A stretch of DNA of 64,000 nt from Octopus bimaculoides. Its lineage: Eukaryota. Position numbers and translations under genes: made by a program. The DNA lies in assembly GCF_001194135.2 (NCBI RefSeq), contig NC_068981.1, positions 100,541,749-100,605,748 on the forward strand, read 5' to 3'. The first letter of the stretch is position 1. Each line of letters begins with the position of its first letter. The notes under the pieces were generated by a model. It was not told where the DNA came from. It was given only the letters and a program-made list of their open reading frames with translations, and did no database searches. Below, one piece after another: positions 28,041-39,299 of this stretch.

Positions 28041-28164
28041 AAAAGGCAATACTGAAGCATGCATCAATTATTTAAAATTTGCTGTTGACACGGCTGAAAA
28101 AAGTGGTCAACAAAAAGCTTACAGTAATGCTTGTCACCATTTGGGTTGTATATACAACTCTTTG
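28041..28164 (+). CDS. TTC29: TTC29-like coding exon 7 (KGNTEACINYLK...AYSNACHHLGCIYNSL)
   Basis: ttatttcag acceptor, TTG|gtaagc donor, TPR consensus, phases fit. Confidence 0.9.
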
Positions 28165-28291
28165 GTAAGCTATATTTCATTATATAATCTACTTAATGAC
28201 GTTTGCATGTATTTCTGATTTCTGTGTACATCTGTCTTTATGCATAAATTATAACTGAAGATTCTCTAATAATAATAATGTACAATAACAG

Positions 28292-28632
28292 TGACAGTGC
28301 ATGACTCAGTGGTTAGAGCATCAGGCTCACAATCATGTGGTAGTGAGTTCAATTCCTGGGCCAGGCTGTGTTGTATTCTTGAGCAAGACACTTTATTTCA
28401 CAATGTTCCAGTTCACTCACCTGTAGAAATGAGTTGCAACATCACCAATGCCAAGCTATATCAGCCTTTGCTTTTCCCTTGGATAACATCAGTGGTGTGG
28501 AGAGGGGAGACTGGTATGCATGGGCAACTGCTGGTTTTCCATAAGACAACCTTGCCCAAACTTGTGCCTTGGAGAGGAACTTTCTAGGTGCAATTCCATG
28601 GTCATTCATGACCGAAGGGCGTCTTTACCCTT
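28292..28632 (+). mobile_element. tRNA-derived SINE family A; copies at about 11865..12180 (+), 20393..20560 (-), 46530..46852 (-), and a related one at 33402..33726 (+)
   Basis: A box tggttagagc, B box gagttcaattcc, then the shared body cttgagcaagacactttatttcac. Confidence 0.85.
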
Positions 28633-30343
28633 ATGATAACTGACAGGTCTGTTGGTCATGTCACAAGTTATTTTGTTATAGCTTTACATTGTATACTTCT
28701 TATACTAATTACCTAAGATAGATATTTTCTTTTGCTTCTCCTGTTTAACCACTTACTTCATTAGCAATAGCTNNNNNNNNNNCTTTACCCTTATGATAAC
28801 TGACAGGTCTGTTGGTCATGTCACAAGTTATTATTTTGTTATAGCTTTACATTGTATACTTCTTATACTAATTACCAAAGATAGGTATTTTCTTTTGCTT
28901 CTCCTGTTTAACCACTTACTTCATTAGCAATAGCTATGGTATATTGTGACAACAATAAGTATTTATATATACTTTATGATAGTTATTTCCAAAAAAATAA
29001 TCCATCCATTCTAACATAGAAAAAAGAAATATTAAGCATTTAAATAAACTTTATTGTCTTATATCAGTTAACACTTAAATGCTATATTATCAATATTAGG
29101 TTGGGCTTTAAGGCGATGAGCTGGTAGAATTGCTAGCAGGCTTAACAGCATTTCATTCATCTTTACATTCTAAGTTCAAATGCAGTTGAGTACTGGAGTC
29201 AATGTAATCGACTTATCCTCTCCCCCCAAATCACTGGCCTTGTGCCAAAATCTGAAACCAATATAATGTTGGGTTTTACTGTGTAGTCTACTGACAGCAA
29301 CATACCAAGCTAAATACATGACCATGCTTTATTTCTCAGTGTTTTTAATTTCAAATCTTTCAGTGTTACATTTTTTTCTTTCATTCTTCCAAAATTGACA
29401 AAATAAATACTATGCATATATTAGATTGATTAAATAAATTCCTGTAAAATAATGTTTTCTGATTTCGGCACACAGCCAGCAGTTTTGTGGGGAGGCGAAG
29501 GGAGAAGTCTGTACCATCAACCCCAACACTTTTTATTTTATTGACCCCAGTGGGATGAAAGGTAAATTTGACGTCAGTGGGATTTGAACTCAGAACATAA
29601 ACAGTCAGAATGGTATTTTATCTAGCACTTTAACAATTCTACTAATCCACTACCCTAAAGTCCTGCAAAATAACAGGCACAGTTCAATTGACTACACACT
29701 TCCCCTACAAATTCATGGCTTTGTACCCATGGGAGAAATCTGTACTTAGTATTTGTAAGGGGTAAGTATCATGGCTTGATTTCCATTCTTTGCTAAAAAT
29801 CTTTCATTCTACATACTTCAAAAGGATTTTATATATATATTATATATCAGGCTTTGTTATGATTGTGTAGAATGTCATTAATAGGTATGTGAAAAGTGTA
29901 GGTGTATTGTGGAGTTGAATTAGCTTACTTTGTTGAGCATTGAATAGTCAGTGTTCATGAACAATACTCACTACATTACTTCTGACAAATTGTAATTTTG
30001 TTTGTTCACATACTTAGACGAGATGTGAGAAAATCAATGAGTAGTTTTCTCAACAAAGCCATCTATTTACATACACGGGTAATAGATGTTGGATAATATC
30101 CATAGTCTCAGTTGATCACTCTTGGGAATCCAACCAGAAAAACCTAATGATAGTTGCTTCTAATAGGACCCTATGGAGGAGGTGCCTGAGGACCTTCCCA
30201 GGAATGGTTTGGTGAAGATTGATGGAGATGGTAGATGATGAGTGCTTAGTACTTACAACAATTTTTTCAACAACTTATAAGTTTTGTCCATTCTCATACA
30301 TTAACTGGATAATATGATTTGATTGATTTTTTTTCCTTTTCAG

Positions 30344-30619
30344 TGTATGCATTCTCATGCTGTTGAGTACTTCAACAAGGCATACAACATATCTCGAGCT
30401 TTGAATGACACTTCATCCTTAAATGCTAACCGTGTGCATTTTGGTATCTCATTGGCTCATAAGATGAATGAAGCATATATATGCCACTTATATGCTCCAC
30501 TATTGAAACCTGATAATTCTTTGCTCAAATGGAAATGTTTTAGAACAGAAGAGTTTGCTGTTGAAGAGTTTAGCAAAACAGCTCTATTTGGAAATGGAAG
30601 CACTGATGGACCCAACTAA
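30344..30619 (+). CDS. TTC29: TTC29-like last coding exon (CMHSHAVEYFNKAYNIS...RVHFGISLAHKM...LLKWK...DGPN*)
   Basis: Strong acceptor ttttccttttcag and stop TAA at 30617-30619. Resembles recalled KVHYGIAKAHQM...LLSWK. The eight exons sum to 1380 nt. Confidence 0.9.
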   Translation, partial: CMHSHAVEYFNKAYNISRALNDTSSLNANRVHFGISLAHKMNEAYICHLYAPLLKPDNSLLKWKCFRTEEFAVEEFSKTALFGNGSTDGPN

Positions 30620-30827
30620 ATCATCTTAATTATCAAATAATAAGGTAGTTTTATGTTTCTATTTATGCATAGATTTTCCTTGTAAGAAAACACTCACTGA
30701 TTTCTGATACATTATAAAAATGCTAATTCACTTTATGAAATTCAATGCGTATTTCAGGAAATGATTAATAGTTCCACTGTTTTTGTGCCTTTTAACCTTA
30801 ATATATATATACATATGTGATAGATAT

Positions 30828-30960
30828 GCAGTCACAATTGTGCTGGATTGGTCACATCATCAGAATGAGGGACGAAAGAATACCTAAAGTCTTCATGTAC
30901 AGTCAGCTTGATAGTGGGTACAGGAATGTTGACTAACCATCTGCAGGTTTCTTTGCAAAT
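30828..30960 (+). mobile_element. Fragment of a second, BovB-like RTE lineage
   Basis: Reads QSQLCWIGHIIRMRDERIPKVFMYSQLDSGYR, the RTE C-terminal W.GH..RM...R.PK motif. Confidence 0.6.
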
Positions 30961-31089
30961 CATTAGCAGGACTCAAATATCATATTCTACATAAGCATTC
31001 AAAGAAGGTGTAGGTATTCAGAGCCTTATATGTCAAAACTAATGGGAGAGTCCACCATTGTGTGTGTGTATAGTATATGTATATACTAC

Positions 31090-31300
31090 ATCTAACAGTT
31101 GAGGGAACCCGTGGAAGAGGTAGGCCCAGGAAGACCTGGCCTGAGGTGGTGAGGCAAGACCTTCGTACATTGGGCCTCACCGAGGCGATGACTACGGACC
31201 GAGACCTTTGGAAATGGGCTGTGCGTGAGAAGACCCGGCAAGCCAAGTAAGATCGTTGCCAGTGCCCCTGGACTGGTTCTTGTGCGGGTGGCACATGAGA
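31090..31300 (+). mobile_element. RTE LINE ORF-end fragment; related pieces at about 14130..14330 (-) and 37860..38330 (+, older)
   Basis: VEGTRGRGRPRKTW, near-identical to 52900..52990. The 37.9-kb piece reads MKGRLYDVCV*TKMLHGNE. Confidence 0.8.
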
Positions 31301-31502
31301 NNNNNNNNNNNNNNNNNNNNNNNNNNNNNNNNNNNNNNNNNNNNNNNNNNNNNNNNNNNNNNNNNNNNNNNNNNNNNNNNNNNNNNNNNNNNNNNNNNNN
31401 NNNNNNNNNNNNNNNNNNNNNNNNNNNNNNNNNNNNNNNNNNNNNNNNNNNNNNNNNNNNNNNNNNNNNNNNNNNNNNNNNNNNNNNNNNNNNNNNNNNN
31501 NN

Positions 31503-31545
<43 letters not shown>

Positions 31546-32100
31546 CAGGCTTCTTTATTTTTTTGGCGGACTCTGTATGTATAATGGGCTTCTTTGAGTT
31601 TCTATCTACCAAATCCACTTACAAGGCTAGGTTCTACACAGTGGGGCTGAACTTAGAACCACGTGGTTGGGAAGCAAACTTCTTACCACACTGCCACACC
31701 TGCACCTATATATCTATGAGAAATAAAAACTTTTTTATATCATGCTGCCCATACCTACACTTATTCACTGAATCAGCTTTATATCTTTCTCTCACCTCCA
31801 GTACTTGTACTTTCCTCATCTTATACTAAATAACTCACTCTATCGTTCTTCTGTATATTTCTCTTACACACAAAATATGAATATTCTTCATCTAATAATT
31901 TATTTGTGAAAATTTAAGCTAAACATTATCCATTCTAACCTCACTAAGTTATCCTTACACAACCTCTAAAGAAGCCTACATAGAATAATAGCTATGACAC
32001 TTTTCCCCCCTCTGTGTGTGAAAATGAGAAACTAATCAGTCTCACTCCAGATATCTTAAACATTTGTTTATACTTCTTACAATATTTTACTTCTTCACAG

Positions 32101-32250
32101 ATTCTGGAGCAAGGCATCCAAAGTTGACCATAGAGAAATTATTATCAAACAGAGAAACTTCTTGGCAAAAAAAAAAAGAAGAAATGTTTGCAAAGTCAAT
32201 GTGTTCGTGTTAAATACTTCAATAATAAAGCTATTAACATATTTTAATAT
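32101..32250 (+). other. Candidate non-coding terminal (3' UTR) exon of TTC29-like gene
   Basis: Possible donor AAG|gtagtt at 30645, acceptor ttacttcttcacag ending at 32100, AATAAA at 32224-32229, then T/GT-rich sequence. The end coordinate is approximate. Confidence 0.4.
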
Positions 32251-32310
32251 ATTTGCTATTTTATTTTGTTTGTATTACTTTTGTGCTTTGTTTTTCATTT
32301 ATTTCTAAAA

Positions 32311-32384
32311 TGTCTCTCTTTTTACAAATTGTCTCTCTTTTTACAAATTGTCTCTCTTTTTACAAATTGTCTCTCTTTTACAAT
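32311..32384. repeat. 19-bp minisatellite x4 (TGTCTCTCTTTTTACAAAT)
   Basis: Three perfect units plus one degenerate unit. Confidence 0.95.
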
Positions 32385-34629
32385 TACCTTATGTTTTACA
32401 GTTGCTACAAAAATATCATATTGGTCAGATTATTACATGTTACTGTTGTCAACTCATCTTTATAACCAACAACAACCACCGTTATCATTTTTTCATCATC
32501 ATCATCATCATCATCATCACCACCACCACCACCATTTCCCTCATCATCACAAACATTGGCTACCACCATCATCCTCATCAGCTTCATAACCACAGGCCAA
32601 CAAAAGATCCTCTACACAGTAGCTCAACTCATTAAAAATAGTAGCCAAGTCTTCCTTACTGTCATACTCAACTGTCATAGATAAAGAAGAATACATTAAA
32701 CAATGGTGCTAGTGGTACATAAAAAGCACTGGTGACGGTACCACATAAAAAGCACTGGTGATGGTACCACATAAAATGCACTGGTGCTGGTGCCACATAA
32801 AAATTACAGGTGACGGTGTCACATAAAAAGCACCCAGTACACTCTGTAAAGTGGTTGGCATTAGAAAGGGCATCCAGCCAAAACAGACTGGAACCTGCTG
32901 CAGATTCTGGCCTTGCCAGCTCTTGTCAAACCACCCAACCCATGCCAGTATGTTAAATGATGATGATGAATCCTTGACATACAAGAAGACATGATGGTCA
33001 TAACTGGATTGGTTTTAATCATAAATTTGTTTGATTAGGGCTGTTTTGTGGCTAAATCATAATCAGAAAGTCATAATTGGATTGTTATATGATTACTTGA
33101 CCAGCTAAGGATAGCAACCAAGTTCCATCAAATCGTGCCTAACCATCTTAAAAAAAAAAAAAGGAAGGTCACATTAGATAATGTAGTCCAAAATACACAA
33201 CATCTGAGAAAAAAATGGGATGATCATGGTTGGAACATCAAAGATGTTTCATAACCAAGGTATTTTGGGTAGTTTTTAGATCTAGCTGAGCCCATTCCTC
33301 TCCAGGTTTGATGACAGCTAAATTCTTCCAGAAAGAGAAGAATCAACTTCAGTGCAAGACGGGTATTTCATTTATTGATTTCAGTAGTAAATGAATTCAG
33401 TGAAGGCATGTGGCTTAGTGGTTAGGGGTATTCGGCTCACGACCAAATGGTCATGAGTTCAAAAACCATCAGCACATTGTATTCCAAAGCAAGACACTTT
33501 ATTTCACATTACTCCAGTTCATTCAGCTGGTAAAATTGAGCTGTACCTGTAATTCAAAGGGCCAGCTTTGTCACATTTTGTGTCATGCTGAATCTCCCTG
33601 AGAACTACGTTAAGGGTACACATGTCTATGGAATGCTCAGCTACTTGCATGTTAATTTCATGAGCAGGCTGTTCCATTGATTGGATCAACTGGAAGCTTT
33701 ATCATTGTAAACAATGGAGTGCCAGTTTTTTTTTATATGATCTCAGAGTGCAAACAACCAGGACGATTATCTCAAAGTAACCTATCCAACATTCTTACAA
33801 CTCTATCAGTTTCCCCACCTTGTTTGTATGTGTGTGTGCAAGCATATGTACATGTGTGTGTGTGTGCAAACATATGTACGTGTGTGTGTGTGTGTGTGTG
33901 TGCATGATTATATACATCAGCAGGTAAACTGAAACACCAATGCTTTTGAATAAAAATGCGCTGTGAGGTATTTGCTCTGAGTTGCATCAACACTCCCTTG
34001 TCAGTCTTACTGTCAGAAATGTGGACAAATAATTGATCATTAGAAACCTATGATCAATAACACTATTGTATTCTAAATGTAACATAAGATAAATAAGTAA
34101 ATATGTTTGAACTATAAACAATATGAGGTTAATAAATATTCAGAATTTGTGCCGATTTTGAGAAATTAAGAATAGTGAAGTATGACTGTAATAATTTTTT
34201 AAAAAAGAAGAGAATAACAGTGTTTAAATACATCAACAGGAAAGAATGAAATAATTTTTTAAATGATGGGATAAAAATACCCTTCAAAGATTCTTCTTGA
34301 TTGTGACATCACATTTACCACCTTCTGGAATTCCCACCTGCTCATGTTTTTACCTTTATCTATTCAGTTACAAAGGCTGAAATGATGCAAAATGTATTGT
34401 GACCAGCAATGTGTAACAACATCTGATAATCTGGTTGGTCATGTGATATTCACTTACAGAAATTAAAACTAGATATCACTTTCATTGATATGCCATATAG
34501 GAAGGGCTACAAAAAACTATGATCACTGATGTTTCTCTTTTAATTTATGAAACAAAACTTATTTTACCAGCACAAAAGCTGTATATTCCAGAGAATAAGA
34601 AATAAGCAGTGACATAACATTGCTTAAAC

Positions 34630-34930
34630 CAGTGGTTCTCAACCATTTTTTTTTTAATCTATAGACCCCTTTGATGACTATTTTACTCTGGTGGACCTCC
34701 ATAACCTCTCAATGTTTACAAATTAGTTTCATAAAATCTTCTTTCAAAATTTTGTAGGTTGAACTTTGTAAAATATTTGAGAAAGAAACCTAGCTGTTTC
34801 TCCCGATAAACACATCTAAATCGAAATTTTTTTTCATGGAATTGTAATATACTACTGTGTGTATCCAGCTTATTGTTTTGCTTGCAAGGACCCTCAAAAA
34901 TCTAATATGGACCCTGGTTGAAGACCACTG
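34630..34930. mobile_element. hAT (Charlie-like) MITE
   Basis: TIRs CAGTGGTTCTCAACC / GGTTGAAGACCACTG; 8-bp flanks gcttaaac / gctttaat. Confidence 0.8.
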
Positions 34931-36022
34931 GCTTTAATGAAAGGAAATTATTTCAGATGAAGATTGACAAGTGGGGATTGAAAGTATACTGGGAATGGTG
35001 TTTCTTGTTTTATGGCACTTGCTACAAAACAAATCTTGAGGCTGAGGAATCAGAAATAAGAATGGTATCTTTTAGTAAAAGACATACTCCAATAGTTAGT
35101 GTAATACACTGAAAAAATCTCCAGCTTTAAAAAAAATTTTTTCTTGATGTCTAGAACTTTTAAGGCTTGTTACTCAGTTTTCTTGGTGTATATGTGACTG
35201 ATATTACAACATTCCCTTGAATGGGATGCTCATCTGTTACAGAGTTCAAGCTAACAATTTTTAAGGGGAAGAGCAAGTAGCTTATATGAACCCCAGTACT
35301 TGACTGGTACTTTATTTATCGATGGTGAAAACATGAGATTGGTGGGATTTGAAATTAGAACATAAAGAACTGGAAGAAGTGTCACAAAGTATTTTGTCTT
35401 ATGTGTTACTGATTCTGCAAGCTTACTGCCTTCTCTCTGACCTATAATAACATTAAAATATAAGTAAACTGTGACATGTTCAAACATTGTTACAGTTATT
35501 GTTGCAGTTTTCAACTAGAATCATTAGGAATATCATTTGCTTTGGTTTAATAGATATATCTCTTACTCTTCCTACAGAGAATTTATTATCTTAACTCCAC
35601 ACTCTTTTATGTAGTTTTGTGCATATTTTTGTGTTATTTCTCAAATCATTTCAATGAAAAGGGGAACCTAATGATGGATGAAACAGCGGGTGACTCATTG
35701 ATAAGGCTGATCCACAGTCACAGAAAAGGGATTCAACATTATTTTACCATTTCACTTTGGTGTCTCTTGTAAGGTTAAATCCAGCATGCAGATGATTAAG
35801 ACATTTTGACTCACTCCTGGTGAAGACTGAACTAATAGAGATAAAAAAGACACAAAGATTCAAATTTACAAATGGATGTCACTTCTACACTACCAGTATG
35901 GGAAAATTATATAAAACATAACAAACAAAATGTCTATTTTCCAACAAATCTGTCATAGATCCACAGAATGTTTTTCCATTTTATTCCAGAAAGAATTTGT
36001 TTCTAATCAAAATGTTTTTAAA

Positions 36023-36420
36023 AGGAGTGGCTGTGTGGTAAGTTGTTTGCTTACCAACCACATGGTTCCGGGTTCATTCCCACTGCGTGGCACCTTGGGT
36101 AAGTGTCTTCTACTATAGCCTCGGGCCGACCAAAGCCTTGTGAGTGGATTTGGTAGACGGAAACTGAAAGAAGCCGGTCGTATATATGTATATATATATA
36201 TGTATATGTGTGTATATGTTTGTGTGTCTGTGTTTGTCCCCCCAACATCACTTGACAACTGATGGTGGTGTGTTTAGGTCCCCTTAACTTAGCGGTTCGG
36301 CAAAAGAGACCGATAGAATAAGTACTAGGCATCCAAAGAATAAGTCCTGGGGTCGATTTGCTCAACTAAAGGCAGTGCTCCAGCATGGCCGCTGTCAAAT
36401 GACTGAAACAAGTAAAAGAG
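36023..36420 (+). mobile_element. tRNA-derived, CORE-like SINE family B with internal (TA/TG)n; copies at about 11215..11620 (+), 14392..14790 (-), 31540..31705 (-), 42540..42690 (-), 56036..56417 (-), 60335..60600 (+)
   Basis: ggctgtgtggtaag...ggttc head, ggcaccttgggcaagtgtcttctactatagcc core-like block, (taaaaga)n tail. Confidence 0.85.
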
Positions 36421-38401
36421 TAAATAGTAAGAGTAAATGTATCAGGCAAATAAATTACTATTGTTTAACGTTAGTACAGTTCTTTGAAAATATCTTGCTT
36501 CAATTTTCTTCATTGCAGTTAATGGCAAGCTGCCACTGCTAATTACATCAAAGCAGGGTTGAATGGTTGAAAGTCTAAGTTAGTCTTTAATGCTTCATTT
36601 CCCAAGTTATTGTCACCAATTTTCTTGGTAGTTTTATGTTCCTTTGTCAAATAAAGAAACTAAATGTCTATTGGTAGACAGGGTTTTTTGTCACTAAATG
36701 TCACAAATAGCAAATTCAGGTAATTTTCTTTGGAATTAAATGGGTATATTAGGCTTTCTTTTATTTTTACAAGTCTAACAAAATAGGATTCCAGTTGTTA
36801 TTTCAGCTTGTTTTTTGTTTTGTTTTTTTCAGCCTTTCTCAGATATATTATGTACCAATATTTAACTTTCAGAATGTTCATTTTTGTAAATTAATTGCAA
36901 AATATTTATCAGCATTGAACATTCTTTCATTCATGTGTGCCATCTTAAGCAAATGTCTTTTACCATAGCCTCAAATCATCCCTGTCATCCTGTCAGTGAA
37001 ATCAGGCAGATGTAAACTATTTGGAAACCTGTCAGTAGGATTGTGTCTCTAATTCAAAAGTTCAACCATGTTACATTGTGTCATGTTGATTTAGTCTGAG
37101 AGTTATGTGAAGAGTAAACATCTGTGAGAAACTCAGCCAATTACTCATTAATTTAACAAACCAGATGAGCATTCAGATCTGAACTACTGAATGCTCATCA
37201 TGAAAACTGATGAAACACCCAACACAATAGAGTTAAATTTGATTAACATTTAATCTATAGTTTATCAATTTAGTTAAATGTCATTAAATCGCTTTAGAAT
37301 AGATTTGAATAGGAAATAGCTAATGAACAAAATAATTCCATATTAGAACACCCTTAAAGAAGCAAAAAATAGACTTTTATAGTGAGCTGCAGTGGTTCAG
37401 TGGGTCACAGTTCAACTACCTGACTAACAAATCACAATTTTGAATCTGCTGAGAAAAGTACTGAATATCTTGCTTGTTTGCCTAAGAGATAAAAGCAAGA
37501 GATGAAAAAAAAAACAGAAAGAGAGTAAAAAGAAGAATATCTAATTGAACTTTGACATGCAGTACTTTATCCCTCTTTATTCATCACTCACTACATTCAC
37601 CCCAATCACCATCTCTAACTATCTGTTATTCTCCTCACACTCATATGAAACTACTCCCCTCCCCCTCTCTGATCCACTGCCCACAAGAAAAAAAAAGGAC
37701 GCTGTTACCTCTGCTGGCAACAAAGGTCTTCTCCTTTGCAACAGGATCATCTTTGCTTATTGGCATTATAGGCCCATGGGCAAAGCAATGCACTGGTCCT
37801 TCTAGTATTTATTTACAGACAGCAAGACAGAGCAGACTAGTATTGGGTCCTTTGACACTTGGATCCCCAGACAACTTTCCAGTGTATCAGAATTGCCTCA
37901 GAATGAAGGGCAGACTGTATGATGTCTGTGTATGAACTAAAATGCTGCATGGTAATGAGATGGGAAGCTTAAATGCAGAAGACTTACAAAGACTAGAAAG
38001 AAATTAAACAGGCAAGCTTTGCTGGATGTGTGATTTGCATCTATAAAAGAGTACAAATGAGCTGGAAGAAAACTTGGTACATAGAGAACCAGAAGTAGTG
38101 AGCAAGAGAGAAGACTGTGCTGGTGTTGGTATGTGATACAGATGGAGGATAACAGCAACATAAGGAAGTATCAAGTGCTTAAAGTTTAATGGAGTATGTG
38201 AGACCTGAGAAGATTTGAAACAAGGTGGTGAAAATTGATCTCAAGATGTTGCATCTCATTAAGAAAATGATAAAAGGCCAAGAGAACATGTTGATTGGTG
38301 ATACACAGTGCCAAAGAAAATTTGACCATTGCACAAGCTTGGTAAATGTACCTTAATGATAGAGCCAAGTGATGTATGTATGCATGCATGTATATATACA
38401 A

Positions 38402-38811
38402 TCATGACACGAAACTCGGCTTGCGAAGACCTGTTGGGGTAAGCAAAAGCGAAATCGAGATGGCACCTGTGCCCAGCGGCGCCTTCCTGACACTTGTGCC
38501 GGTGGCACGCGTAAAGACATTCGAGCGAGATCGTTGCCAGTGCCGCTGGACTGGCTCCTGTGCAGGTGGCACGTAAAATACACCATTTTGAGCGTGGCCG
38601 TTGCCAGTACCGCCTGACTGGCCTTTGTGCCGGTGGCACGTAAAAGCACCCACTACACTCTCGGAGTGGTTGGCGTTAGGAAGGGCATCCAGCTGTAGAA
38701 ACTCTGCCAAATCAGATTGGAGCCTGGTGTAGCCATCTGGTTCACCAGTCCTCGGTGAAATCGTCCAACCCATGCTAGCATGGAAAGCAGACGTTAAACG
38801 ATGATGATGAT
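38402..38811 (+). repeat. RTE 3'-end repeat family; other copies at about 3530..3812 (+), 10425..10592 (+), 13890..14130 (-), 17700..18005 (-), 26605..26830 (-), 27530..27725 (-), 32705..32970 (+), 62690..62850 (+)
   Basis: Shared gtggttggcgttaggaagggcatccagc...ccaacccatgctagcatggaaa...aa(cgat)(gat)n, near-identical to 53250..53557. Confidence 0.9.
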
Positions 38812-39299
38812 GTATGTATGCACATATATATGCATACATGTATGTATGTATGTATTCTTTCTAATTCTTCTCTGGCCAGCCTCATCAACTCAAACAACCA
38901 TTTTTATACAAATGATAAGAAAAACATAGATTTTTAAGTTGGTGTCAAAATATTTAATGCAGGGAGAAATAAAAATCTAACTAGAAATAATTATGCAATG
39001 AGAAAAATAACAATATTAATCAATCACTACAGTTATTTTTATTCTTCAACAAATACAGGAGATAACTTTCATGTGGATGCCATCTTTGAATTATGCAATC
39101 ATTCAACAATTCCATTTTCTAATGCTAACTGATGTACAACTTTGTACTTTTACTTTTTGATTCTATCATCATTACTTTGACAATTATGGTGAAGGCACTA
39201 TGCTATGATGATAAAGTCTGAATGGTATCAAAAAGTACCCAGAGTTGTTACCCCTACTTTCCGAATAGAAGATGAAAATAATATCCATATTATCATTTC

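Noticed and set aside
28292-28370. tRNA-like sequences with A and B boxes (also near 11865, 33402, 44160, 46780)
   Set aside because: No full cloverleaf, and each continues into a shared SINE body, so these are SINE heads rather than tRNA genes.
28623-28935. Direct duplication of about 150 bp around a 10-N gap
   Set aside because: The copies differ only by a 3-bp indel and two substitutions and abut the gap, which indicates unmerged allelic contig ends.
32705-32833. CRISPR-like repeated 26-bp units
   Set aside because: Head-to-tail units with no unique spacers and no cas genes; part of the RTE 3'-end repeat.
35813-35833. Candidate minus-strand microexons (35813..35833 and about 34352..34376)
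   Set aside because: Splice-like motifs are frequent by chance in AT-rich DNA, and no gene model links them.
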